Positions 48,410-58,431 of a DNA stretch of 64,000 nucleotides are shown here, piece by piece. The translations under genes and the position numbers were made by a program. Location: assembly GCA_965116885.1 (NCBI GenBank), contig OZ220741.1, positions 4,672,001 through 4,736,000 on the forward strand, in the 5' to 3' direction. The notes beneath the pieces were generated by a model that saw nothing but the letters and a program-made list of their open reading frames with translations, had not been told where the DNA came from and did no database searches. Source of the stretch: Candidatus Latescibacterota bacterium (GTDB taxonomy: Bacteria; Latescibacterota; UBA2968). Each line of letters starts with the position of its first letter. Position 1 is the first letter of the stretch.

Positions 48410-49225
48410 TTAGCCATCAACTGTTCCCTTCGCCTCCCCTCTCCATATCTCAAACGCATTCGCCGCAGGCCCCACCAGAAACAGCGCGTAAAACGGCGCG
48501 TAAATCGCTTCATTCAAGCGCAAAATCATCTCGACAAAAGCCACCAGAAACGCGACAAAACACTGCCCTTTTCGCGTCAACACAGTCGTTCGGGGATCTG
48601 TAATCATAAAAAAAATAAACAACTGATACATCGGCCCTGTAATCGGCGCAATACTCGTCAAATACGCCTGCCCGGTAAACGTGCAACGGATGAGAGCAAA
48701 GGCCAAAAATGAAATAACATATACCGCGCAGATATGAAACCGTCGCAATCGCCAGAGCGCAGCACTCCCCAGAATCCAGATGATTACCATTGTCCACAGG
48801 GTATTGCCCCACTGGATGCTCAGCCCCGCCACCACTTCAGGGGCGAGAAACAGCATAATACTCACCCCAAAATTGGACGGATTCCACAAATGCCTGCCGC
48901 GCCATCGCAACACATACTTAGATGCAATAGACAACACACTGCACAACACATAAGGCCAAAACAGAGGCGAGCGGATCAAAATGCCCACACTGATCCCGGT
49001 AATATACGCACTGACCAGCCCCGGCCACACACCCCACGTCAACCGCCCCAATGCAAATTCCGTCAGCACGCTACTCAGGATAGCTGTCAGCGTCTGCCCC
49101 AAACTCTCCAAAAAGCCAAAAGTAACCTGTCCCCCAATCAGAATACACGTAATCAATGCCGGCGACAGATAGCGACTTTGCAACCCTGTCCAGACCGACT
49201 TCCAGAACCCACTCGCTCGATCCAT
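48410..49225 (-). CDS. UnbU-like membrane protein (RnfD/NqrB-related)
   Basis: SAYITG.S, SIASKYV.R..GRH.WNPSNFG and FFMITDP.T; about 270 aa. Confidence 0.8.
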   Translation of the reverse strand: MDRASGFWKSVWTGLQSRYLSPALITCILIGGQVTFGFLESLGQTLTAILSSVLTEFALGRLTWGVWPGLVSAYITGISVGILIRSPLFWPYVLCSVLSIASKYVLRWRGRHLWNPSNFGVSIMLFLAPEVVAGLSIQWGNTLWTMVIIWILGSAALWRLRRFHICAVYVISFLAFALIRCTFTGQAYLTSIAPITGPMYQLFIFFMITDPRTTVLTRKGQCFVAFLVAFVEMILRLNEAIYAPFYALFLVGPAANAFEIWRGEAKGTVDG

Positions 49226-49246
49226 TACAATTCTCTCTATACACGA

Positions 49247-49337
49247 CCAATTGTACACTGTTCCGTCTATGAACTGGCCTGAGAGGCGGCCAGTTGTACC
49301 CCGCTCCGTCTATTCGTAGATTCGTCTATTCGTCTAT
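49247..49337 (-). repeat. structured intergenic repeat, copy 2
   Basis: Reverse complement: GAATAGAC/GAATCTAC octamers, then ACGGAGCGGGGTACAACTGGCC-loop-GGCCAGTTCAT. Overlaps the CRTAC1 stop codon. Confidence 0.75.
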
Positions 49338-51113
49338 CCGATGCACCCGCCGCACATCGGGCGCGTAAAACTTATGTACCTGTCCCGACGGCCAGCGTAT
49401 TGCAACGCTATCAACCGTCGCGTCCTCGCCTAACCCAAAATGCAGCGGACGCTGGTTCTGCGCGGCATAGCCGCTACCGCCCAACACCTCCTGCACCTGC
49501 ACCTCGTCATTCCAAAACACCTGCACCCGCGCCCCAATCGCACTGCGATTGCTCTGCTGTCCAACCAGATCAAACCCAATCCAGTTTGCCTCTGTCCGCA
49601 CCGTATTGCGGTATAATAGGAGCGGTCCCCGCTGATTGGCCACCACCACATCCAGCACGCCCCGGTTCCACAAATCTACCAGAACCACAGCCCGCCCGTC
49701 GAATCGATCCCGAACACCCACAGCCTGTGCCACCTCGACAAATTGCCCCACTCCGTCGTTTATCCAAACGCACTTGGTCTGATGACCAGCCAGACTTCTG
49801 CCCCGCATCGGCGGCCAGTTTTTTGCATCTGAAATAATCGCGCTGTGTCCACCCGCCACCTGAGAAAAATCGTACCAGTAACTCCCATTTCCATCTGCCG
49901 AAACATATCCATTGGTCAAAACGAGATCCAGCACCCCATCGTTGTTCAAATCTCCAAACTGCGCGCCAAAACTCCACCCGCCCAGATCCACGCCCATCGC
50001 CCCGGCCAGATTTTCAAACCGCAAGGTCTCGCCTCCCATGGGCACCCACAAATTATTCCCCTGAATCAGAACACCAGCCTGAGAAATATTGGTCTCGTAA
50101 ATTGCCAGATCCCCACGATTCAGCACATCGCCAAATGCGGCATTCATCCCGCTCTTTGGCTGGCGGCCCACCCCCACCTGCTCTCCCATCTCGACAAACC
50201 GTTTTCCTCCCTCATTCACATACAACTCGGAAATCCCATAATCATTGGACAAAAACAGATCGGGAAATCCAGAGCCATTCAAATCCGCTGCGCCCACCGC
50301 CAGTGTCCACCTCCTGCTCGCGATCCCCACCGTCATCGTCACATCTTCAAATGTCCCATCGCCCAAATTCCGCAACAAATACTTTCGCCCCCCATTATTC
50401 GCGTATTCAAAACTCTCCGGCATCATCCGCGTGGACTCTAAATCCCACAAATTCAGGGACTCGGGCCAGTATCCCGCCACAAAAATATCCAGATACCCAT
50501 CGCAGTCGTAATCTATCCAAATCGCACTCCCGGCATTGATCCACCTGGGCAAACCCGCTGTTTCTGTCACGCGCTCAAACCCCTTCCCCTCGCGATTGCG
50601 AAACAACTCGGGACGGCCCCATTTATACAAAAACAAATCTTCGAACCCATCGTTGTCGTAATCCCCCCACACAGACCCCATACTCACACCCGCTCGATTC
50701 ACATCCGCCACGCCCGTTGTCTCAGCCACATCTTCAAAACCCATCCCTCCCAAATTGCGATAAAGCCGATTCAAACTGCCCTTCCGACTACTGGTCACAT
50801 ACAAATCCTGCCAGCCATCCCGGTCGTAATCCACCACCGACACTGCCGCGCCCATCGACGCGATAATCGGCATAATATGATCCAGCTTTGCGTCCAGCAC
50901 AGGCGCTTCATGTACAAAATCGATCCCCACCTGTTTTCCAACTTCCTCCAGGTAGAACCCATATCGTTCAGAGCCAGGGCCACTCACTTCCTCCACTTGC
51001 CATCCCCCCCACTTCATCGCACCCAGCGCCACCAGCAATAGCCCAAAAAACAGCACCACCAGAATCCGCACGACGCGATTGGGACGTCTCTCCTCTATCC
51101 CGCTGTCTTTCAT
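49326..51113 (-). CDS. CRTAC1 family protein (FG-GAP repeats plus ASPIC/UnbV domain)
   Basis: N-terminal TM anchor, DYDRDG/DYDNDG/DLNNDG repeats and NRSAIGARV...GGSGY.AQ...LHFGLG...IRWPSG. Confidence 0.92.
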   Translation of the reverse strand: MKDSGIEERRPNRVVRILVVLFFGLLLVALGAMKWGGWQVEEVSGPGSERYGFYLEEVGKQVGIDFVHEAPVLDAKLDHIMPIIASMGAAVSVVDYDRDGWQDLYVTSSRKGSLNRLYRNLGGMGFEDVAETTGVADVNRAGVSMGSVWGDYDNDGFEDLFLYKWGRPELFRNREGKGFERVTETAGLPRWINAGSAIWIDYDCDGYLDIFVAGYWPESLNLWDLESTRMMPESFEYANNGGRKYLLRNLGDGTFEDVTMTVGIASRRWTLAVGAADLNGSGFPDLFLSNDYGISELYVNEGGKRFVEMGEQVGVGRQPKSGMNAAFGDVLNRGDLAIYETNISQAGVLIQGNNLWVPMGGETLRFENLAGAMGVDLGGWSFGAQFGDLNNDGVLDLVLTNGYVSADGNGSYWYDFSQVAGGHSAIISDAKNWPPMRGRSLAGHQTKCVWINDGVGQFVEVAQAVGVRDRFDGRAVVLVDLWNRGVLDVVVANQRGPLLLYRNTVRTEANWIGFDLVGQQSNRSAIGARVQVFWNDEVQVQEVLGGSGYAAQNQRPLHFGLGEDATVDSVAIRWPSGQVHKFYAPDVRRVHRIDE

Positions 51114-54100
51114 GGCCTGTCATTCCTCAGTACACGCTCAAACCACTCGGGCGTCACATACCGCGTGTGAAACCGCTGCCAGTCCTCTGCATTGCGCCTA
51201 AACACCGGATCATCTTCAAGTGTTTCAGGCGCGCGATCATAAGACAAAACACCATGCGCCGGCAAGGGCAACACCGTCGTCGAAAAAGCCGTATTGTAAT
51301 CGCCATCCTTAACCCATCCATCGCCTTTCAAAACAAAATCCCGCACTTGCTCTCCAGGATCGGGCAAAGCCTCAAATTGCAATTGGATTTCATCTCCCGC
51401 ATTCACAATCACATATCGGTCATCGACCTGTGCCAGCAATGACTTCACATCTCCATATCGCGTGTAATATCCCACGAGATCTCGCCACATTTGCGAAGTC
51501 CCGCCAAGCGCGTGATAATCCGGCACCTCGGGCGAACTCGCATCTGCCTCCGCCACCTGCGAAAACCCGCGATAACGCAACTGCGCGCGATCCAAAGGCA
51601 CAGATTGAACCGTCATCACACTGTCTTCAAGCGGCACGGCCCACGCCAACCGGTCCCAATAAATCTCCAAATTGGTCTGCAATCTAAATTTTCGGGGAAT
51701 ATCTCGCGGAAAAACACCAGTCAGATCGATCAACACCGTCTTGCGCTTTCCGGCTGGAAAACCCAGATCTGGATGCACGACGCGCCAATCAGTCCCATCA
51801 AATACATGCAAGGAAAGACCCTGAGGTGGCGGATGGCTACCCTGCCCCAGCGACACATTGATCGAACTATCCGTCGGACGAATCCATCCCTGACCAACCA
51901 GCCACAGAGAACCTTCTTTGGGTACCTCGTCTCCCACCACCACCTCCACATAGTGTTCTCGCGTCACCCCTTGATACGCGCCCCGTCCAAAAGTATCCAC
52001 ATACTGCCCATCTCGCACCCGCACCCTATCGGTCACATCGCGCCCCCGATCATCTTTCACAACAGCAAAGGATCGGGGCTGCGTAGTCGCGTAAATTTCG
52101 AGCGCTGGCGCACCCCGGGCAAAACGCTCATCCACAAAAATCGACGTCCCCTCGGGATGATCAACTGCGACGAGAGAAACCCAATCGACAAAATGCGTCT
52201 CCCAAAGTTCACCCGTAATCCGTATATCGTACACCTCATTTTGAGCAATTAGCTGATCGCCTCTGATCTTCACCCAATCTTCCGTCTGAGCAATACCCGC
52301 AACCACTTGCGCATTGATCCGCATCCCCAGAGGTGACCGCCACAGAAAATCCGTTACAAACCCCATCTCCGACCCATTGTACGCAAAAACCCAGGGACAC
52401 GACCCCTTCAACCGCTGTACGGCACGCACCACCTGATCCACCTCCAGATCGAACTCCACCTGGGGCATCCCATTGGGCCACACAATCCGCACGAGATCTG
52501 CCCCCGTATAAGTCCCCAACCCGAAATGCACCACCGGATCCGTCACCATCTGCTTCTGATAAAACGCGCCCGAACGCAACTCCACTTCTGCCCCCAAACC
52601 CAGGGCATTGATTCGCCCATCGCCAGAAGCCCTACCGCCCACGGGGCGAATCGCCTGCCAGTGATACGCCAAATCACCCCGATTCACCAGTTGTAGCGCC
52701 TCGCCTGCATCCGAAACACCCAGCAAATCGAGCCGACCATCGCCCGTCAAATCCGCCACACCAGTCACTCGCGCTTGCAGATCCAGAGCATGGTAAGCCT
52801 CTTCCGACGCCAGATAGGCGCGTTTGCCAAACACCAGATCCAGCGCACCATTATTATCCAGATCCGCTATGAGAAGCGGAGCAGGACCAGCGGTTGAATC
52901 ACCCTGAATCAGCGTGCGTATCTCCCCTTGCGACACAGCCATCACAGCGCCATCTCGATCTACAACCACCCGCTCTAAGCGCCCGTCTCGATCCAGATCT
53001 CCCGCGCCTATCGCAACCCCATTCACCGCCTTCTTCACCCCCGGCGTAAATACACCCGCCCGCTCGTTAACCGCCTCGATCAATTGCCCTTCTCGATCCA
53101 GCATCGCCGCATCGGGATCGCCATCTCCATCGCAATCTACCCACACAAATCCCCTCAGTCCATCTACATTACCGAAAAGTTCTCGCGCCACAAATGAACC
53201 ATCTCCATTGTTTTGCAACACGAGAGGCGGTCCCGTAGAACGTCCCAACACAAAATCGACATCCCCATCCATCTCTACATCCGCTCCCCACACACCGAAA
53301 TAATCTTCTTCGTCCAACCCGATGGAATCCGTCACATCCTCAACCCCGCCATCTTCAGTGCGCCGAAACAATCGAAAACCCTCTGCCCCCACCAGCGCCA
53401 GATCTAACGCAAAATCGTTATTCCAATCAACCGTCAGCATCCCATCCCCCCCCGACACATCTGAAAAATCGACCGCAATCCCCTCCACCCCCCGCACTTG
53501 AGAAGCACTCGCCGCAACCACCTCTACTTCTTCCGACCAAAAAGGCTTGAGCACCTGCCAATCACTTCCCTCCAAACCCGCAACGGATTCGGGTTCAAAA
53601 TACATGTTCAAATCCGCAGGCGCCGGCATAGCCTGGGGCATACTGAACTTCAAAAATTCAACCACGGGATCTCCCAGGCGTTCAGCCGGCACAATCAACG
53701 CATCCAGCGCACGTCGGTACATCGGATCGCGCAACAACACATTGTGCAAAAACATCGCTTGCAAAGCTACCTCACTCCCCCCGTCCGCCTCACCCTGCAA
53801 ACTGCGCAACTGCACCCGCGCTGCTTCCGACCAACTTTCCGCCCACTCGCCCAACTTCTCCACCGATGCGCGCAGAGCCTCTTCCTCATCCCGTTTGCCC
53901 GCCTGCCTCGCCCGCTCGACCCACAATGCGGGATTATCCGGCACCTGTCTGATCAATATCTCCAACTGTGCCCAGACCGCTTCCTCGCTTCCTGTTCCTC
54001 CCTGGCGCTCAACCTCCTTCATCAGCGCGTACTGCGCCTTCACAAGCCCCTGTTGCGCTGCTTCCTCAAAAAACGCGATAGCAGCGTCGGATTGTCCTCT

Positions 54101-54430
54101 ACTGCGCTCAACCAATCCCTGTAACATCGCGATATCGCCACTTTCGGGCATCAGCGAACGCGCTGTCTCCAGATCTTTTGCAGCCCCATCGTAATCCCCA
54201 CGCCGCAACCGCAACACCCCGCGATTTGCCCACGCAGCTGGCTCATCGGGTTCCATTGTGAGAGCACGGCTCAAACTGGCATCCGCCCGATCAAAAGCAC
54301 CCACCTCCAGCGCGAACACACCCGTATAGAACGCAGAGACATAATCCGCAGATGGCGTAGCCATCTCCTCCTGCCCACATCCAAAACTCAACACCATCAA
54401 CAACCCAATCGTGCGACGAATATCAAGCAT
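51110..54430 (-). CDS. TPR + FG-GAP + ASPIC/UnbV lipoprotein with C-terminal GSCP domain
   Basis: Lipobox SFGC, TPRs, DxDGD repeats, VHFGLG...WPNG, LKGSCP and GWVKDGD.NT. Confidence 0.88.
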   Translation of the reverse strand: MLDIRRTIGLLMVLSFGCGQEEMATPSADYVSAFYTGVFALEVGAFDRADASLSRALTMEPDEPAAWANRGVLRLRRGDYDGAAKDLETARSLMPESGDIAMLQGLVERSRGQSDAAIAFFEEAAQQGLVKAQYALMKEVERQGGTGSEEAVWAQLEILIRQVPDNPALWVERARQAGKRDEEEALRASVEKLGEWAESWSEAARVQLRSLQGEADGGSEVALQAMFLHNVLLRDPMYRRALDALIVPAERLGDPVVEFLKFSMPQAMPAPADLNMYFEPESVAGLEGSDWQVLKPFWSEEVEVVAASASQVRGVEGIAVDFSDVSGGDGMLTVDWNNDFALDLALVGAEGFRLFRRTEDGGVEDVTDSIGLDEEDYFGVWGADVEMDGDVDFVLGRSTGPPLVLQNNGDGSFVARELFGNVDGLRGFVWVDCDGDGDPDAAMLDREGQLIEAVNERAGVFTPGVKKAVNGVAIGAGDLDRDGRLERVVVDRDGAVMAVSQGEIRTLIQGDSTAGPAPLLIADLDNNGALDLVFGKRAYLASEEAYHALDLQARVTGVADLTGDGRLDLLGVSDAGEALQLVNRGDLAYHWQAIRPVGGRASGDGRINALGLGAEVELRSGAFYQKQMVTDPVVHFGLGTYTGADLVRIVWPNGMPQVEFDLEVDQVVRAVQRLKGSCPWVFAYNGSEMGFVTDFLWRSPLGMRINAQVVAGIAQTEDWVKIRGDQLIAQNEVYDIRITGELWETHFVDWVSLVAVDHPEGTSIFVDERFARGAPALEIYATTQPRSFAVVKDDRGRDVTDRVRVRDGQYVDTFGRGAYQGVTREHYVEVVVGDEVPKEGSLWLVGQGWIRPTDSSINVSLGQGSHPPPQGLSLHVFDGTDWRVVHPDLGFPAGKRKTVLIDLTGVFPRDIPRKFRLQTNLEIYWDRLAWAVPLEDSVMTVQSVPLDRAQLRYRGFSQVAEADASSPEVPDYHALGGTSQMWRDLVGYYTRYGDVKSLLAQVDDRYVIVNAGDEIQLQFEALPDPGEQVRDFVLKGDGWVKDGDYNTAFSTTVLPLPAHGVLSYDRAPETLEDDPVFRRNAEDWQRFHTRYVTPEWFERVLRNDRP

Positions 54431-56411
54431 CGTGCTCCTTCCATCCCGGTATTGAAATATCCATCCGCCGCTCAGGCGCGTAGATCCTATTCCCCTTATA
54501 AGGCGTATCCTGCGTCAAAATATAAATAGCGCCCTCATGCACATACGTAATCTCATCCCTCGAATCTCCCACCACATCTTCCACAACCCCGCCCGCCCAA
54601 TCGAATGGCAAGCCCTCGCACACGGGTTTTATAACCTTGCGACACTCTGCATCGTAAAACCCGAATGATTCCGCACTGGTGCCGATAAACAACAACTCTT
54701 GTCCATCACCTCCCCAGTTCACAGCCGGACCTCCCTGGCTCGTGTTATCCGGCTCCATCCGGGACAGCGGATCTCCCTGCCCACTCACCAGATTCATAAT
54801 CCCATAAGTCCCCCACCGATCGCCCATCCACATCTCCAACCCCGGCAAATCGGGTCTAAAATTCCCCGCGTAAATCCCCTGCACATGCCCATAGCGGTGG
54901 TGTCGCAACAGTGTGCCATCTCGCGCATCCACCAGGAAAAATCCCGGATCGCTCCCCGCAATCCCGACCTCTGGCCCATTGCTCTCATCCCCATCCAATT
55001 CCCCAAAAGAGGCGTGGTCAATATGCCCTGCACCGCCAGAATCCTCGATGTACTCCGACCCCTCCATTGTCCAGAGATGATTTCCATCCCCATCGTACAG
55101 ATCATAACCGGGCAAAATTTCATCCCGCCCATCGCCATCCACATCGTAAAACCAGATATACATCCCGTACCACGCATTGTGCGCGTCCTGCCGCCAGCGC
55201 AAGTTCAAATTTTCGTCAAATGCCCAGATCGAATACCCTGTGCCCGCGCCATCCCCATCCCGCAAAATCAAATCTTGCGCCTTCTCCGTCTTTCTAATTT
55301 TACACGGCCAGATCACCCTGAGCGAATGCAAAACATCTCCCATGCTCGCATTCCTGTATCCCCGATACGGTCCCGTCCGCGGCAGTTCTGTTTCCGCCGT
55401 CACCTCACCCGACTTTCCGCTCACCAGCTTTAACCGATCATCCTCAATACCGATAAAATCTTCCACTCCATCCCCATCCAGATCGTGTACCACAGATCGT
55501 TGCAGCCCTTTTGCAGCGGGAAAAGTCCGATCGTATTGCACTTCTCCATCAAAATTCAGGCACACAACGCGCACGCCTTCATCCGTCTCCTTTTCCAACA
55601 CAATTTCCTTTTCCCCCGCCCCTCTAAAATCGCCGTATCGAACTCCACACGGCCAGAACTCGCCGATATCAATCCGCTTCCACAGCACGGGCTTCGGATA
55701 CTTCTCCGCCTCCTCCGCCACCTCTTTTTGATATGCATCCAACCGACTCACATACGCGGCATTACCAGATGCACTCGTTGTGACGCGCACCGCGCGCATG
55801 CGACTCCGCGTATTTGTACGCACGCCCACTTTCCCCGTCAGAAAGCGATCATCATACGCCACAAATGCCTGTTCGCCATTCACATAACACGCAAACCGCT
55901 CGCCCTCACACACCACCTTTAGCGTGTAATACTGTCCCCTATCAAATCCATTGGGCAGATCCGCAAGCATCGTCCATGCCTCGTCTTCTCTCCGATAGAG
56001 CACAAACCGGTCAAATCCCTCCATACAAAAATAATAATACCGCCTCAAATCCCGATACCGCACCATAACCCCCGACCGGGCGACAATCGCGTGGGGATCG
56101 TCATTGCCCGGCTGGGTATATGCATTCAACTGCCGCACCTGCGCTTCCACCGTGTAATCCCCCCACAGCGGCTCACCCGTCACCAGGCACCGATCCGATT
56201 TGGCAGTGTGCTCCAGCACCTCTGTGTCCCCATCTTTCACCACCCGATAGTTACTCAGCATATTCCACTTTGGAGGCGCGACCAGCGCATTTCCCCAGCC
56301 CTTGAAATATTGCTCCTCGATACTCTGATCCGGTTCTGTCTTATCCAGCACCGTCCCCAGCGGACATCCCGTCAGGTCAATCTCTGCCAGCAATTGTTCA
56401 TTGCTTGCCAT
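54423..56411 (-). CDS. DUF1080-like N-terminal domain plus FG-GAP / rhamnogalacturonan-lyase-like propeller
   Basis: WGDYTVEA...GV..R....YY...GKVG, DVDGDGRDE, GHID, GHVQ and NFRPDLPGLE. Confidence 0.65.
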   Translation of the reverse strand: MASNEQLLAEIDLTGCPLGTVLDKTEPDQSIEEQYFKGWGNALVAPPKWNMLSNYRVVKDGDTEVLEHTAKSDRCLVTGEPLWGDYTVEAQVRQLNAYTQPGNDDPHAIVARSGVMVRYRDLRRYYYFCMEGFDRFVLYRREDEAWTMLADLPNGFDRGQYYTLKVVCEGERFACYVNGEQAFVAYDDRFLTGKVGVRTNTRSRMRAVRVTTSASGNAAYVSRLDAYQKEVAEEAEKYPKPVLWKRIDIGEFWPCGVRYGDFRGAGEKEIVLEKETDEGVRVVCLNFDGEVQYDRTFPAAKGLQRSVVHDLDGDGVEDFIGIEDDRLKLVSGKSGEVTAETELPRTGPYRGYRNASMGDVLHSLRVIWPCKIRKTEKAQDLILRDGDGAGTGYSIWAFDENLNLRWRQDAHNAWYGMYIWFYDVDGDGRDEILPGYDLYDGDGNHLWTMEGSEYIEDSGGAGHIDHASFGELDGDESNGPEVGIAGSDPGFFLVDARDGTLLRHHRYGHVQGIYAGNFRPDLPGLEMWMGDRWGTYGIMNLVSGQGDPLSRMEPDNTSQGGPAVNWGGDGQELLFIGTSAESFGFYDAECRKVIKPVCEGLPFDWAGGVVEDVVGDSRDEITYVHEGAIYILTQDTPYKGNRIYAPERRMDISIPGWKEHDA

Positions 56412-56484
56412 GTCTTCCTCCCGGTAAAAAATTGGAAATTACATCGACGCGGTGTCTCTTATCATACCATCAACAAAGCTGAAC

Positions 56485-58431
56485 TCAAAATACATGCACC
56501 ACATGCCCCTGTCCCGGAAACCAGACCATATCCACCACAAAAGACAGCGTTACTGCCAGGGCATATCCAACCAACAGACCGATAAAAAAAGGCTGCCACT
56601 GGCGGTACAACACCATCCCCCCTCCCTTCAGCAACAACCCCTTGATCGCCCAAACCAGAAAGGCCGAAAACGCCAGTTCTCGTGTAAAATTAGTGCCGGG
56701 AATGGTCAGCCCGATCGGGTGAAGCGGCCACCTCGGAAACCGATAACGCAAAAAACTCAACAGTCCCATCAGCGCGGCACCGATACCGAACAGCATCAGT
56801 CGAATACTATCCGTACCCTGTGGCGATTTCATCTTGGCAACTGCCGCATTAAAGGCTGCTTTGTTCCCACTTCGATAGGGCCACACATCAAAATGATAGG
56901 CTCCGTGGACATAAGCAAGGTGAAGCGTTAATACAAGCGACACCACGGCACTCAGCACCAGGCCAAATACCATAGCCCAGAGCAGAAGGCGTCGGTTGCC
57001 ACGCACAAAATCTGCCAGCCGTGCCCCGTGTACCAACCCGGGCATAAACAGTCCCCGATAGGAAATCAGCGCATAGGAAAATGCCAATGCCGTCATCGTC
57101 GCCCCCGACAGGGTACGCGTACCCAGAGTAGCCATCGTAAATGCCTGACCGCTCAACGGGGTGCGCACATAAATCAACCCTGTCTCCGCCACGATCTTGG
57201 CGACCCCCACATACGTCACCAGCGTTGCTAAAACACACAGAATAGCTGCACCATAGGCCATCCCCGCCGCGTGTAGCCACAACACCAGATAACCCAGTCC
57301 TATAAACATCCCCCATACCGCCGCCCGATAGCCCATCATCTCGTCCGAATCTCCGGCGTTCCGATCCCCTCTAAAAGCACTGCGGAATGCGGCGTAAAAG
57401 TGCCCCCGGGCCATCCACAACCCCCAGACCACAAATACGGTCAACGCCCCGAACCCCTCCCAGCCAGCCACCTCGTATGACGAACCCCAACTGTCGGAAT
57501 TCTTCAAACCAAATCCCAGTCGCCTTAAGATACCCACCTGGAATACATTCAACACATAAAAAAACCAGACGCTAAACAACACTTCCAGGTTGGCAAAATA
57601 CACAAACCCGATCGTAAACAGATTGAGCTTGATCCGGATTCCAGGGAAACTGCGGCCCAGTGGTAGCCATGTTCCAGACCGGTAACTGCCCGTGGGAAAT
57701 TTAGGTGCTCCAGGAGAAAAATACGACAGGATGTTCCAGGCGATCATCCCAAATCCCGTCACAGCACCCGACCAGAACAACCTTCCCCCAATCATCCGTA
57801 TCCCGTGTTTCGGTGCCGAGACCAGATCCACCGCCACATTTGCCAGCGGATAGACCAATCGCTCGTGATCCACCCACTGCCGCCGCAACAAAACCGCCAG
57901 ACAAATCGACACACACGCCGCTGCACCGATAAAACTCAACCACCAGAACAGTGGCAAAACCCACTCTCCCCACGGCACAGCCTGTCCGGGCGGTAATCCC
58001 TCAAAAAACCATGTCATCGCCCGCCCGTCTTCCGAGGGCGCCATCCACGGTCTGATGTGATTGTGCAGGTAAGGTGCCCACCCATTCTCCGGTGTCGCAA
58101 AATAAAATGGCGCCGCAAGAATCCCCAACAAATATCCCGGCAGTCCATCAGCCGCTGGAATCACCGCGCTGGCCAACCCCATCGTCAACGCCACCAGCAA
58201 ATCCGAACGCCCGAATGCCCACTCGGGTTTCCGCGCTTTGAGCACCGGATTCACAATCAGGGCACACAGTACAAAGGGCACAAATAGGGCCAGCGCAAAA
58301 TTGCTCATGTTCAACCGGGAGGCCCGCACAATAAACTCAGAATAGGTAGCCCAAACGCTCACCAGCACCACAAAAAACGATCCCAGTAATACCGCACGAA
58401 CCTTAAACCGATCGTCTCGCACCTGCCCCAT
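56485..58431 (-). CDS. DUF6785/DUF6784 family polytopic membrane protein (putative transporter)
   Basis: FYFATPEN.W, VPW..W..PL..W, RRQWV.HERL.YP, WPLHPIG and PFFIGL..G. Confidence 0.8.
   Translation of the reverse strand: MGQVRDDRFKVRAVLLGSFFVVLVSVWATYSEFIVRASRLNMSNFALALFVPFVLCALIVNPVLKARKPEWAFGRSDLLVALTMGLASAVIPAADGLPGYLLGILAAPFYFATPENGWAPYLHNHIRPWMAPSEDGRAMTWFFEGLPPGQAVPWGEWVLPLFWWLSFIGAAACVSICLAVLLRRQWVDHERLVYPLANVAVDLVSAPKHGIRMIGGRLFWSGAVTGFGMIAWNILSYFSPGAPKFPTGSYRSGTWLPLGRSFPGIRIKLNLFTIGFVYFANLEVLFSVWFFYVLNVFQVGILRRLGFGLKNSDSWGSSYEVAGWEGFGALTVFVVWGLWMARGHFYAAFRSAFRGDRNAGDSDEMMGYRAAVWGMFIGLGYLVLWLHAAGMAYGAAILCVLATLVTYVGVAKIVAETGLIYVRTPLSGQAFTMATLGTRTLSGATMTALAFSYALISYRGLFMPGLVHGARLADFVRGNRRLLLWAMVFGLVLSAVVSLVLTLHLAYVHGAYHFDVWPYRSGNKAAFNAAVAKMKSPQGTDSIRLMLFGIGAALMGLLSFLRYRFPRWPLHPIGLTIPGTNFTRELAFSAFLVWAIKGLLLKGGGMVLYRQWQPFFIGLLVGYALAVTLSFVVDMVWFPGQGHVVHVF

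Noticed and set aside
48410..49225. Rnf/Nqr respiratory complex
   Set aside because: A single short subunit-like gene with no other rnf or nqr genes; context fits UnbU.
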